Part shown: piece by piece, positions 39,931 to 53,461 of the stretch
Numbering within the stretch: the first letter of the stretch is position 1
How the letters are laid out: the number at the start of each line of letters is the position of its first letter
Source: Octopus vulgaris
Lineage: Eukaryota
Direction: 5' to 3'
Assembly: GCA_951406725.2 (NCBI GenBank)
Contig: OX597834.1
Coordinates: 21,824,001-21,888,000 of the forward strand
DNA length: 64,000 nucleotides
Made by a program: the position numbers and the translations under genes
The notes under the pieces: generated by a model
The model's input: only the letters and a program-made list of their open reading frames with translations
The model's database searches: none
Told to the model about the DNA's origin: nothing

Positions 39931-40786
39931 ACAAATTACTGCAAGACATAAATTCCAACAACGTAAGGGTTTTTCCCTGTAAGTCCAAAAGGCAACCAAA
40001 GTAGGTTGGCCATGTAGGGAACGGGTGATGGCAACTGTCTGATCCATGCAAGCGTGGAAATGCAGATGTCAAAATGATAATATTGACAGACAAACCCCAT
40101 GAATTCTGGGATAGGGTGAAGTTAAGTGACACCCCAGGATTTCACTGGTACCTATTTTCTTGACCTCCAGCAGGAATTAAATGTAGAGGGATGTAGCTAA
40201 ATACCAATCAACATTTGATTTCTCTGTCAAGGGCTGGAATCTGACCCATAAATGCCCTAAGCGCTTAAAAGATTTTGGATGAGGACAAATATTTGTCAAA
40301 TATAAATAATGTAAATTAAGTACCAGTTGTGTACTGGGGTCAGTCTAATCGTTTGGCCCCACTTCCTCAAAAATTTCGGACCTTGTGCCTAGAGTAGAAA
40401 AGAATATTTGCTGCGTATGCTTTGCATATACTGTGATTGTATGACTGTTCGTATGCATGTATGTGTGTATTTGTTTGACAGTTGTGCCTGTGTGTATATC
40501 TGAGTATGTGTGTGCATGAGTATGTGTGTGCATCTGTCTATGCATTTGTGCTCTTGCACATGCATGCATATTGTATCCATGTGTGTGTGTGTTTGTGGAT
40601 GTTTGTATCCTGCGTGTGCACATGTGCTGATGTCCCTGTGGATGTATATGGATGTCAGCTTCCTTTCCATGTGATTGTATGTGTATATATGTGTGTGTGT
40701 GTGTGTGTGTGTGCTAATGTCCTTGCATATGTGTGTGTGTGTTAGTTTCTTTAGTCTGTGTGTGCCTCTGCACATGCAATGGCCCT

Positions 40787-40902
40787 TTGAGTGAGTGTAT
40801 ATGCATGTGTATTGTATATATATATATCTATATATGTGCATGTGTGTATACAGACACATTTGTAGAGAAATATATATATATATATAAGCATATATCTATC
40901 TA

Positions 40903-40982
<80 letters not shown>

Positions 40983-41106
40983 TACATATACATACATACA
41001 TTTATATATATGTATATGCATATCCATTTGAGTGAGTGTATATGCATGTGTATTGTATATATATACCTATATATGTGCGTGTGTGTATACACACACATTT
41101 GTATAG

Positions 41107-41145
<39 letters not shown>

Positions 41146-41169
41146 CATATATCTATCTATCTATCTATC

Positions 41170-41211
<42 letters not shown>

Positions 41212-41250
41212 TACATATACATACATACATATATATATATGTATATGCAT
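40787..41250. repeat. Tandem duplication of a ~240-bp microsatellite-rich unit
   Basis: tttgagtgagtgtatatgcatgtgtattgtata... begins at 40787 and again at 41027. Confidence 0.85.
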
Positions 41251-41721
41251 ATGCATGTCTTTGCGACTGTGTGTATGTGTGTGTGTGTAGAGTTCCACTG
41301 CGACAAACACGCGTCTGAGTAGAGAAGCCGAGAAAGTACACCAGTGGATGCGGATTCTTCTCCGCTCCGCTCCACTCCAATCCACTCCCGCTGGAAGGGT
41401 GCAGATGCTGAACGACGACAATAGACAACATACAGTAGAGGTAATGGTGGCGGCAGAGGCGTTCTTGGCAGCAGCAGCAGCAGTAGCAGCAGCAATAGTA
41501 GTAGTAGTAGTAGTAGCAGCAGCAGCAGTAGTAAGTAGTTGTAGTAATAACCATATGCTAGCACATCTGCAGCAAACAAGGGAATCACTGGAGTTGCCGA
41601 TGATGAGGGGAGGCTCTGCAAGGTCGTTTGACAAGCATGCTAGAAATAGCAGCGAAATTTCACTAGAATCACATTCTATCATTCAAGAAATAGAAATAAA
41701 CGAAGGACAAATCCAGAAATG

Positions 41722-41765
<44 letters not shown>

Positions 41766-41859
41766 GTATATATATATATGTGTGTGTGTGTATAAGAATT
41801 GATCAGTCAGAGTTGACTTAGTGCTAAGCACCATCAACTGTAGCCACAACTAGGGAACT

Positions 41860-42040
41860 TCTATGTGGTCACTCGGCCTGCTAGAAATAGCACCCAAATC
41901 ACCTTTGAATCCCCATTAGATAATGATGTAGCTTGGAAGAGCGCTGTGCAAGGGATATGGATTAATTGGTCATGGCTAGGAATGACTTTGATTAAAAGAT
42001 CTGCTTCAAGGTCAAGGCTGAACCCAGGGTTATACAAAAA
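41860..42040 (+). mobile_element. Old dispersed repeat (ctgctagaaatagc..aaatcac motif)
   Basis: Related segments at about 41625-41680 (+) and 34800-35060 (-). Confidence 0.45.
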
Positions 42041-42643
42041 ACAGTAGGAGCAGCAGCAGCAGCAGCAGGCAAGCCGTTCTTCCTTTTTGCCTAAGTGTAG
42101 CAACCGATTGCAGTGATGATGATGATGATGATGATGATGGAGGCGGGGGATGATGCTGGTGGTGAAGATAATGATGATGGTGGTGGCAATGATGATGAGG
42201 TAGTAAAGATGATGATGATGATGATGGTGCTGGTAGTTGTGATGGTGGTGGCAATGATGATGATGATGGTGATGATGGTGATGATGGTCACGATGATGAC
42301 TATTGATAGAGTCAAGTATAGAATGGGGAAATGAGGACATCAATATTCTAATGTGTGTGTGTATATGTGTGTGTGTGTGTGCGTGTGTGTGTATGTGTAT
42401 GTGTGCACACACCTGTATGTGTACATATGTATGTGTGTGTGTGTGTGTGAGTAGCTTGATGGGTATAGATGCGATTGAAATATAGCTGCATGAGCCTATT
42501 TTTAGAGAATGGTAATACAGTTAGACATCGATACAGGTGTGTGTATATAGGGGGGGAGTAATGTGTGTGTGTATAAAATTAAGAGGTGTCTTGTTGATAT
42601 CCATTAATTCATTATCCCTTATGTATATTATTATATCTATCTA

Positions 42644-42693
<50 letters not shown>

Positions 42694-42694
42694 T

Positions 42695-42729
<35 letters not shown>

Positions 42730-42916
42730 TACACACATACATGCACTCACACGCACTCACACACACACACACATACACACACCTGCACACACTCACTCAC
42801 TCACCTCTCTGTTCCAAATTTGTTTCATCATATGGTCTTACTAAAAACACTAGTACCGCCACAACAAGTATTACTGTTGCGACTGTTATTATTATTATTA
42901 TTAATTATTATTATTA

Positions 42917-42955
<39 letters not shown>

Positions 42956-43719
42956 TCATCATCATTATCATCATCATCATCATCACTCCTCTGCAATAGT
43001 GACTGTGGTACAAGTGATGTAACGTTCGCTGCCTTCACACTTTACATACTACCAGTTCAACTTCGACATCGATGCAAACACAAAACTGCATATATAGAAA
43101 CACAGCAGTCAGTTGGTACGTACATGTGCACCAAAGACACATACACACATACACACACACACACACAAAGATATATATATATATATATATATATGTTGTA
43201 AAAAGCGTAGCTGTTACCAGCAAACGAGGATGACTCATTAGTAAGCAGCAAGCTTTTGCTAATTGGTTTTTTTTTTTTTTGAGGTATTTCCATGTAGTCA
43301 GAAGCAGTCATGGACACCCCATGATTGCGGCACTCCCACGCTTGACCTGTCACAGCATCATGAATGTGACTGCCAAAAGAGAGAGATAGAGTGAGAGTGC
43401 TGTACCAACAGTCAGCTGGTACTTATTAACAGTAGAGTGGAACAATGAGAAATGAAATAACTTGCTCAAGGATTCGATACTCTGCCTTGTCTAAAATTCG
43501 AACCCTTTTCCTTATGATCACAAGGTCAAAAACCCTAACCATATATGCGCATTATATAATGCATGCTTACATCATCGTCATTGCTTTAACATCTACTTTT
43601 CCCTGCCTGCATGAGTCGGATCGATTTTGCTGAGACAGATTTTCTATGGCAGGATTCCCCTCCTATCACAAACACTCACCTGTTTCCTGATAAGGTAGTA
43701 CTTCCCCAGGCCAATGATA

Positions 43720-44155
43720 GTGTCACATAACTGGCACCCATGCCGGTGGCACATAAAAAACACCCATTACACTCTTGGAGTGGTTGGTATTAGGAAGGGC
43801 GGTGAGTTGGCAGAAACGTTAGCACACCGGCCGAAATGCTTAGCGGTATTTCATCTGTCTTTACATTCTGAGTTCAAATTCCGCCGAGGTTGACTTTGCC
43901 TTTCATCCTTTCGGGGTCGATAAATTAAGTACCAGTTACGCACTGGGGTCGATGTAATCGACTTAATCCGTTTGTCTGTCCTTGTTTGTCTCCTCTGTGT
44001 TTAGCCCCTTGTGGGTAGTAAAGAAATAGGTATTAGGCAGGGCATCCAGCTGTAGAAACTTAGACTGGAAGCCGGTGCCGCTCCCCGGCTTACCAGTTTT
44101 CAGCCATACCTCCAACCCATGCTAGCATGGAAAGCAGACACTAAATGATAATGAT
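43720..44155 (+). mobile_element. Family C element interrupted by a family B SINE
   Basis: The family C sequence resumes after the insertion. Duplication ggtattaggaagggc / ggtattaggcagggc. Confidence 0.85.
43798..44028 (+). mobile_element. SINE family B, young full-length (Meta-domain-like)
   Basis: tRNA-like head. The central gcctttcatcctttcggggtcgataaattaagtacc resembles the MetaSINE domain (from recall, unverified). The 3' end ttagccccttgtggg..aagaaata is shared with the 25700 and 58503 copies. Confidence 0.9.
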
Positions 44156-44564
44156 GACAATGATGATTATGATGATAACTAAAACCAGTTTTATCATGGT
44201 GGCACTTGTCTATAACTGTCATGCAATTATCAAAAGACAGAGATACAACTATAGACACACCCAAAAATGCACATACACACATATGTTTGAAGGGCTGTCT
44301 GGAGAATATTCTAGATCTTTATGTAAAGCAAATGCACTGTGGCCCCAACATAGACAACCATAACATAAATAGATTAGTACTGGCCCCCTAGAGATGTGAA
44401 ACCCCTGTGCAACCCATCAAAGACACTGTACAAAGTTATTCTCCTAAACAAACCCCAAAATTATGATGAATATTTTTTTATGTTATGGTATTGACGAGAC
44501 TCTCAGACGTCATTATACATCACTGGTCACAATGCGCTTTGTGTTGTTTTAGCTTTCGAATAAT

Positions 44565-45045
44565 CCTTTCTGCTCTAGGCACAAGGCCTGAAATTTTTTT
44601 TTTTGAGGTGGGGGGACCAGTCGATTACATCAACCTCAGTATGCAACTGGTACTTAATTTATTGACCCCCGAAAGGGTGAAAGGCAACGTCAACCTCGGC
44701 TGAATTTCAACTCAGAACATAAAGGCAGACGAGTTAAGTTAAGTTAAGTTAATTTTTTGGCTCAAAAAGCAAAAAGCAAGGCCATGTAGGGGGACATGGA
44801 GTTATGTATAGGGTGGTGTTCATGCAAAGAGTTCAGGCCATTTGTGGTCAAGGGAGACTTTGAACCGAGCGGTCGTCGTCATCTTCACTATCTAGTCCGG
44901 CAGCTTATTCCACGGATCCGCAACCTGGACAGAGAAAGCCCCTCTCCTTCGATTGAGATGAAATCGTCGCAGATAGAACTTTTCACCTTACACGCTAAGC
45001 ATTTCACCTGGCATGCTAACGTTTCTGCCAGCTCACCACCTTCAG
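44565..45045 (-). mobile_element. Family B SINE interrupted by a LINE fragment
   Basis: 3' part at 44565-44731 and 5' part at about 44990-45045. Confidence 0.8.
44732..44986 (-). mobile_element. 5'-truncated CR1-group LINE 3' end with (TTAAC)n tail
   Basis: Minus translation EKFYLRRFHLNRRRGAFSVQVADPWNKLPD*IVKMTTTARFKVSLDHKW (one stop), then a short UTR and ttaac repeats. Confidence 0.8.
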
Positions 45046-45289
45046 CTTTTGAATAATGTCACCTGGCACACTAAGCATTTCACCTGGCATGCTAACGTTT
45101 CTGCCAGCTCACCACCTTCAGCTTTTGAATAATGTCACCTCACTGGGAGAGGAGTAAACCAACAGTTTCTATGGTTGGAAGACTACTTCATTAATTCTGC
45201 CAAACGTTAACAACAAACATATAAATACTCCTGTTTCCAGGTCTGTTTTTCCTATTTGCATGGCCAAACCTATAATATATATATAGCTC

Positions 45290-45465
45290 CTACACGCATT
45301 TTTTTCTCTCCTTGTTTTTTTCTGTGTATCTTTCTGACGAAGAGCATAGGCTTGAAACGTAAAAGACTTTTTCTATTTCTATTCCTGAGCACCATACTAA
45401 TACATTTGTTTGTTTGTACTCCACCTGCCTTCGTCTTTTGTTTATTTTCGTAAACCGTCCCAATA
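45290..45465 (+). mobile_element. Hammerhead-bearing short element, subfamily P2
   Basis: Paralogue of 36650-36816 with (TA)n on both sides. Confidence 0.8.
45329..45366 (+). ncRNA. Minimal type-I hammerhead ribozyme motif with intact core
   Basis: UCUUU-CUGACGA-A-GAGC AUAG GCUU-GAA-ACGU-A^-AAAGA. Predicted cut after 45361. Confidence 0.7.
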
Positions 45466-45509
45466 TATATATGTACTTATGTAGACCTATGCAAATATGA
45501 AGGTGCATA

Positions 45510-45736
45510 GTCTGGTGGTTAGGGTGTTGCACCCACGATCGCCAGATTGAGAGTTCAGTTCTTGGACTGGGTCATGCATTGTGTTCTTGAGCAAAACTCT
45601 TCATTTCACGTTGCTCCAGTTTATGCGGATGTAAATGGGTACACCCTGTGATGGACCAGCCTTCTGATCAGGATGAGTGTTAACCAGCTCACTTAGCTAG
45701 CAGGGTGGCATCATATGCAAAGCACATTGTAACCAG

Positions 45737-45740
<4 letters not shown>
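45510..45740 (+). mobile_element. Old tRNA-derived SINE related to family D
   Basis: tggtggttagggtg..gagttcagttc..tgtgttcttgagcaaaac..gtaaatgggtac..cattgtaaccagc. Confidence 0.6.
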
Positions 45741-45772
<32 letters not shown>

Positions 45773-45777
45773 CTGGT

Positions 45778-45809
<32 letters not shown>

Positions 45810-46016
45810 TATTTATAACATACTCTTATACATATATGATGAAGGCATAGCTTTGTGGTATGAGTGGTTAAGATATTTGCCTTCAAACCACTTGTGAGTG
45901 ACAATGGGTGAATGAAAACTGTGCAGAAGCCTATGGATGGGACTCTTACCTCTAATTAAAGGACTTTCACCATCATTAAACTGTGTTATACTGATTTTAG
46001 CTGGAAATCACTTTAA

Positions 46017-46235
46017 CTCTTTAGCATTTAAACCAATAATATCTGGCCCAAATTCTACTTGTTATATGCTCCAAATAGCCAGATCTGGTCTCTCATACCA
46101 ACCCTACAATGTCATTCTAAAACATAAACCATCACATCATTGAAATCTCAGATTCGTGAGATAATGCCTGGTTAATTCAAAATAACGTGAATAAATGAAC
46201 ATTATGTCTGACAGAATAATTTGAACACTAAAGGG
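46017..46235. mobile_element. piggyBac-like MITE
   Basis: TTAA on both sides (46013-46016 and 46236-46239). TIRs ctctttagcatttaaa / tttgaacactaaaggg (12/16 match). Confidence 0.6.
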
Positions 46236-46967
46236 TTAAATCTATATTTATCTGTGGAATACTTGGCCTCTTAAAAGATACTTCAGTAGCTGGACAACTG
46301 GGCCCTTAGATGTCAAAAGGGACAGAAGGGTCCAGCTTTCTGCTTTCATTGTTTTAACCCTGTATCTCCTTTATAGCAACAGACCTGTGGCTGCCCTTTC
46401 TAACATACATCAACCTCACAAGACCTTGTATGAAACCACCTTTCCTCTCTGCTAAGTGGGGTGGGTTCTTTGGCCTTGCAAGGTAGTTTGCAAGGTACCT
46501 TGCAAGGTAATTACATTAGTGCTGGTGTTACCAAATAAAAAAAAAACAGAAAATGAAACCATTCTGTACACGCTGACATCAAGCTGTAGAAGCCATGCCA
46601 AAACTGAAATATTGGAGCAAACTTTGGTCTTCCAACTAATTGGATCCTATGGAATTGTCCAACTCCTGTTAGCAGGAAAACTGGACATCAAATGATGATG
46701 ATGATGTTGATGATGATTCACAGACTTAAGGTACACAGGAATAATTTGCATGGATGATATATAAATATATACTGATATATATTTATATATATATATACAC
46801 ACACAAAGACACATAGGTAGGTAGATAGATAGATAGCTAGATACATCCATACACACATACATACCTACATATATGTATATATATATATATATATATATAC
46901 ACCAATACATACTTAAATAGAGAGATAGATACATAGATATGTACGTTCACACATTCATACATACACC

Positions 46968-46998
<31 letters not shown>

Positions 46999-46999
46999 G

Positions 47000-47145
47000 T
47001 GGTCAAAATACAAAGACGAAATAAAGCAATAAATACGGTGTATTAGGTTTATACTCAGGAAAATTGGAAAAATCTTTAATGTTACGAGTCTGGGCTCTTC
47101 TGCAGAAAGGACAAATGAGGAGCAAAAAGAGATGTAAGGTAAAAA
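47000..47145 (-). mobile_element. Hammerhead-bearing element P2, strongly degenerate
   Basis: Minus strand cttt-CTGCAGA-A-gagc ccag actc-GTAACATT-aaag, plus ttcctgag..taatac. Confidence 0.5.
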
Positions 47146-47676
47146 ACACACACACAAACATGTCTGAATTATATGGTCAAGACATGCAGAAATGACTGGA
47201 TGAGGAAGGAGTTGGCTTAAATAGACAGACAGACAGAGAGGCTGATGTGGTGCAGGCGTATGCAGTTAAGGAGTTTGATTTGGAAATACATGATCCTGGT
47301 TCCAGGTTCAATCCCAGCGAGCAGGACTTTTGCCAAGTGTCTTCTTTCAAAGCTTAATGTTGACCATTGTAGATGGAAACTGTGCAGAAACCTCTGTGAG
47401 TGTGAGAGAGAGAGAGAGTATCGGCGTTTATGTTTTCATTTTGTCTTTGTATGTTGCATATAACTTAGCAGTTTGACAAATAGGTTCGATGGAATAAATA
47501 ACTGATTGAAATAATTTGCAGGAATTGATACGATTCACTGAACCTTTGAAGGTAATGACCCAACATGACCTCGGTCCAATCACTAAAACCAATACACACA
47601 CACACATATTGATTTATATCTGTTTACATATTTTATATATACATATATATGTATATATATATATATGTATGTATTA

Positions 47677-48017
47677 GGCGTAGGAGTGGCTGTGTGCTAA
47701 GTAGCTTGCTTACCAACCACATGGTTCCGAGTTCAGTCCCACTGTATGGTACCTTGGACAAGTGTCTTCTACTATAGCCTCAGGCCAACCAAAGCCTTGT
47801 GAGTGGATTTGGTAGACGGAAAACTGAAATGTATATGTGTTTGTCCTCCCCGACATCTCTTGACAACCGATGTTGGTGTGTTTATGTTCCACGGTTCGGT
47901 AAAAGAGAGTGATGGAATAAGTACTAGGCTTACAAAGAATAAGTCCTGGGGTCGATTTGCTTGACTAAAAGCGGTGCTCCAGCATGGCCACAATCAAATG
48001 ACTGAAACACGTGAAAG
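47677..48017 (+). mobile_element. SINE family A, near full-length
   Basis: Match to the 29229 copy. Confidence 0.9.
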
Positions 48018-50441
48018 AGATTATGCATACAACATACATACAAATACATACATATAAATACATTTATATATATATATGTATATACATATTATATGGAGAG
48101 AGTGACAGAGGTGTATGTGTGTACAGACTGGGAGGGAGACTTGTTTTCATAATGAGTAAAAGAGGTCTAAAGAGAGATTGTAAGCTGAGTGAATGAAAGT
48201 AAAAGGGAGAGAGAGAGAGAAAGAGAGAGACAGAGAGAACATGCAGAAGAAAGGAGAAAATAGGGGAAGAGAGAGTAAGGGAGACAAATAGTGGCAGAGA
48301 GAGAGAGAGAGAGACAAAGGGAGAGATTAAGAAGCGAAATGGAAAGTGTAATGTTAGCTTTTTGGAAATAAGACAGGAAGCGAAAAGCAAGCAAGTTTTT
48401 TTTCTTTTTCTTGCAACCACCCATCCTAACAAAGCCATCAGCCAGTGAAGCAAAACCAGGTACCCGACCGACCATCCATCCATCCATCCATCTATTTCTC
48501 CATCCATCCATCCATCCATCCTTTTTAGCTTCCTAACCAACTTCACCACAACGCCACTCTACAGTAAAAGACAGCAGTTGGCCCCTTCGCCTCCCTCCCT
48601 CCCTCCGTCTCTCCTCTCTGCTTTGCTTTGCCCTGCCTCCCTCCGTCTCTCCTCTCTTTCTTTTTACCGCTCCCTCTCTATATTCATCTATTCCCCCTCA
48701 CCCCCGCTCTCTCTCTCTGTATTTCTGTCTTTCTCTTTGTGTGTCTCTCTGTCAGGCTGTCTGGCTGCCGGTCTTTGACTCTGCGTACAATTTCTTCTTT
48801 CTTCCTCATCTTTCTCACACACTCTCTCTCTCTCTCTCTTTCTCTCTGTGTCCTTTTTGTTTGTTTTTTCTTCTTCTTAAACCATTTTCTAACACCGCTT
48901 ATGTGTTTACTCGCTCCGTTCATTCAACCGTTTATAACTTAAACAATAATAACAACAACAGCAATAATTATAACAACAACAACAAAAAATCACCATTATT
49001 ATAACAATCACAACACAGTTATAACAATATTATACACACACACACACACACAATCACACACGCGCACACACACACACACACAGTATGCATGGTTGTATAT
49101 AATTTATATACACATGCAGCAGCAGCAGCAGCAGTAGTAGTAGCAGCAGCAGCATTAAGCAATATCTGATGAATCATTGATTCGTGCAGTCATAATGACA
49201 ACGGAAACTGTATTTACCATTTCGTCTTCTTGACAAAACATCTTTTTTTTACCAAAATACTAAAACTATTCTATTTACATGGCTATCTTCTTCCCTTATT
49301 CCACGGAATGGAAGGCAAGTTATTTCGTTTTCGTTTCTTTCTTTCCCCTTTTTTTTATGCATGGTTTATAGAAAGGGTGGTGGTTGAAAAATGCTGCTTC
49401 GGTTTCGTGCCCGTGTGTGAGAGGCAAGTGTTTGAGAGAGAGAGTGTGTGTCTTTTATTTTTGTTATTTCCAGAGAGCATCTTGTTTCGCTTTTGGTCTC
49501 TCATCTGTTCGGTGCTTGCGTTTGCGCGCGCGCGCGTATATATACATACATATACATACATACATACATACATACATACACACATACATCACACACACAC
49601 GCATATATATATATATATATGTATGTATATGTATGTATATATATTTGTGTGGTGTGTATATGTACATAAATATGTGGGTGCAATTATATATGTATGTGTG
49701 TGTATATAGATATATATGGACATATATGTGTGTATTTATATGCATGTATATATAAATACGTGTGTGTATATATATATATATGTGTGTGTGCAGATATATA
49801 TATATATATATATATTCACACGCACACATGTATGCATTGGATATTTATATACATCCATCTATGTATGTGTATATATATATCTTTATGGATGTATGTATAT
49901 ATTTATATGGATGTATGTATGCATATTCATATATATATGCATCTATATATATATATGTGTGTGTGTGTGTGTTTCAATGTTTGTTTTTATTGAATGTTAC
50001 TGATATAAAAACCAATTCAACATTAACCCGGAGGATTGCTTAATACATCTTATCAGTAGACTTACATGCTTATTAATTTTACTAGAAAAAACAAAGGTTG
50101 ACAGTGACTTCGAAGTTCCAGCTCGCTCACCAACAACGGCGATATACACAGTACGTGTGTGTGTGTGTGTCTGTGTGTGAGCATTTTAATATAAGAATCC
50201 ATGAGGGTGTCGTTAATGCCATGAGTGCATTGTTGTCGGTTGTGGGTTGGTCCTGCGGTTCGGTGGTTGGATATATTGTTTTAGCTAATTAACCGTGAGT
50301 TCGATTCCTGTTGAAGTAGTCGCCGTGTACTTTATTGCTGTTTATTATTCTGTTTTGTTCATTTGTTTTCAATCCGTTTCGAAACAGGTTTATTTACTTA
50401 TTTTACTAAATCGATAGCTGTATGTATGTTGTTTGCACAAA

Positions 50442-50511
<70 letters not shown>

Positions 50512-51391
50512 CGTGTATGTGTATATATATGTCAATATATGCATGTATGTATATGTGTATATATATGTATATATATATATGTGTATATGTATATATATAT
50601 GTGTGTATATATATATATGTGTGTATATGTATATATATATATGTGTGTGTGTGTATGTATGTATATGTATGTGTGTATTTATATATGTATGTGTATATGT
50701 ATGTATATATGCATATAGATATATGTATGTATATATGTGTATATATATATATATGCAAGTATATATATGTATGTGTATATGTATATATATGTGTATGTAT
50801 ATATGTGTATATATATGTATATATATATATATATATATCTATATATGTATATATAAATGTGTGCATATATATGTGTGTGTGTGTATACATATAAATACAC
50901 ACACACACATGATTCTATACAAACACATTATGTAGATGTATAATACATTATGTAGATATATATACATGTGTTTATGTCTATGTATTTGTGTGGTGCCCTT
51001 ATCTATTATATATATATGTATATATACATAATATGCAGATGTACTTTGTGTATGTGCAGCCAGTGCACGCAGATGCATTTTTGCCATGCAGATTCTGCAC
51101 ATTTAAGCGTCAGCTTTTGTGTCAATCACTCTCTTGCGTTTTGTTTCTTATCGCTTCATGTCATCACCATCGTCACCATCATCATCATCATCACCACCAT
51201 TGTCATCATCATCATCATCATCACCACCATTGTCATCATCATCACTAACCAGCAACATCATCACTATCACCACCACCGCTATCACCCTACCCTCATCATT
51301 ACCTCCACCCCACCGGGAGGCTGTTATTGTTATCATTCCATTATTAACAATTCATATCTTGGTTCATTTCATTGTTCTTAACCCTCTCATG

Positions 51392-51424
<33 letters not shown>

Positions 51425-51664
51425 CTTGGCCCCCTTTGAGTCCGAGAAAATACCCCCTCCACTCACCTTCACCTTGTATTTTTATTTATTTATCTATTCA
51501 TTTATTTATTTACCATTTCTCTCTCCTGTATCGTTCCGTTTAGTCAAACGTCTTGGGTGGCCCCTTGTGGCTAATAAAGGAAATTCCTTTATTAATATTC
51601 ATAATTATTATTATTGTTATTACTCTATTATTAACAATTCATATCTAATTGTTCTTAACCCTCT

Positions 51665-51709
51665 TATCATTATTACTATTATTATTATTATTATTATTAC
51701 TATTATTAC

Positions 51710-51745
<36 letters not shown>

Positions 51746-51757
51746 CATTATTATTAC

Positions 51758-51799
<42 letters not shown>

Positions 51800-52265
51800 C
51801 ATTATTATTATTATTATTATTATTATCATTATTATTATATTATTATTATTATCATTATTATTATTATTATTATCATTATTATTATATTATTATCATTATT
51901 ATTATTATTATTATTATTATCATTATTATTATATTATTATTATTATCATTATTATTATTATTATTATCATTATTATTATTATTATTATTATTATCATTAT
52001 TATTATATTATTATTATTATCATTATTATTATTATTATTATCATTATTATCATTATTATTATTATTATCATTATTATTATATTATTATTATTATCATTAT
52101 TATTATATTATTATTATTATCATTATTATTATATTATTATTATTATCATTATTATTATTATTATTATCATTATTATCATTATTATTATTATTATTATCAT
52201 TATTATTATATTATTATTATTATCATTATTATTATATTATTATTATTATCATTATTATTATTAAT
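51665..52265. repeat. ~600-bp (ATT)n/(ATC) trinucleotide tract
   Basis: Direct reading. Confidence 0.95.
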
Positions 52266-52424
52266 TAACGCTACCACCACCACCACCACCTCGCAAGTGC
52301 ACACCGTCTGGCATTATAAGAAATTAATTAACACATTTATTATAACTAGTAAATTAGTAATGTGTTCGCGTAACGTTACTTTTCATTACAAACATTTATA
52401 ATAACAGAAATCAGAAATCATCAG

Positions 52425-52773
52425 CAGCAGCACCATCATCATCATCGTCGACGTCAGCATCATCGTTGTTGTTGATGATGGCGATAGTGGTTGTGGTGAT
52501 GGTGGTGGTGGTGGTGGTGTTTCTGCAGCTGCGGTTGATTGCTTTTAACTGTTGTAGGTACTGATGATGATGATGATGGTGGTGGTAGTGGTGGTGGTGA
52601 TGATGATGATAACGATGATGATGGTGGTGGTGGTGGTGATGATGATGATGATGATGATAGCGATGATGATGATGGTGGTGGTAGTGGTGGTGGTGGTGAT
52701 GATGATAGCGATGATGATGATGGTAGTGGTGGTGGTGATGATGATGATGATGATAGCGATGATGATGATGGTG

Positions 52774-52805
<32 letters not shown>

Positions 52806-52995
52806 AGCGATGATGATGGTGGTGGTGATGATGATGATAAAGGTGGTGGTGGTCGCGTTGTTTGTGGTAGCGGTGGTAGTAGTTATGACGATCATGATAA
52901 CTGATGATCGTGGTGGTGATGATGATGATGATGATGATGGTAATGGTTGTGAAGGTGGTTGTGATAATGATGATGATGGTTGTGGTGGTAGTGGT
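52425..52995. repeat. (GAT)n/(GGT)n compound trinucleotide tract
   Basis: Direct reading. Source of the poly-H/D/G/M pseudo-ORFs. Confidence 0.95.
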
Positions 52996-53406
52996 GTGAG
53001 AAAGGAAGGAGAAAGCACCTTCCTGTTGATCAGGTGTAGTGAGGTGGGGAATGAGGGAGGGGGGTGCTGGGTTCGGTGTAGAAACGGCAGCGGCGGCGGC
53101 GGTGGTGGTGTTGCTGGCGGAGAGAGAGAGAGAGAGAACTGGATTCCAATTTCGGTTTCTCTTCCGCATAGCAAACCGCGATAATTGGGCACAATTATTT
53201 GTTGCTGTTGTTGCAGTCGTTTGGGCCTCCTCCCTTCCTGCACCCTCTTCAGGTGACTCTTATAATTAAATGTTCCAACCATGGCCATCCCGGCGAGTTT
53301 TTCTCTCTCTCTCTCTCTGTCTTGGTAGCCGGTGGGTGCAGACATCATGCATGTAGGACAATATTACTCTAGATACTCCACCGTTTCTTATTTTGATTAT
53401 GTATAT

Positions 53407-53461
<55 letters not shown>

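Noticed and set aside
49160-49216. CTGATGA...GAAACTGTA as another hammerhead
   Set aside because: No stem I complementarity and no closing stem II, so likely chance.
50363-53184. ORFs up to 280 aa of YI/CV, poly-I/L/Y and poly-H/D/M
   Set aside because: Microsatellite artefacts with no domain content.
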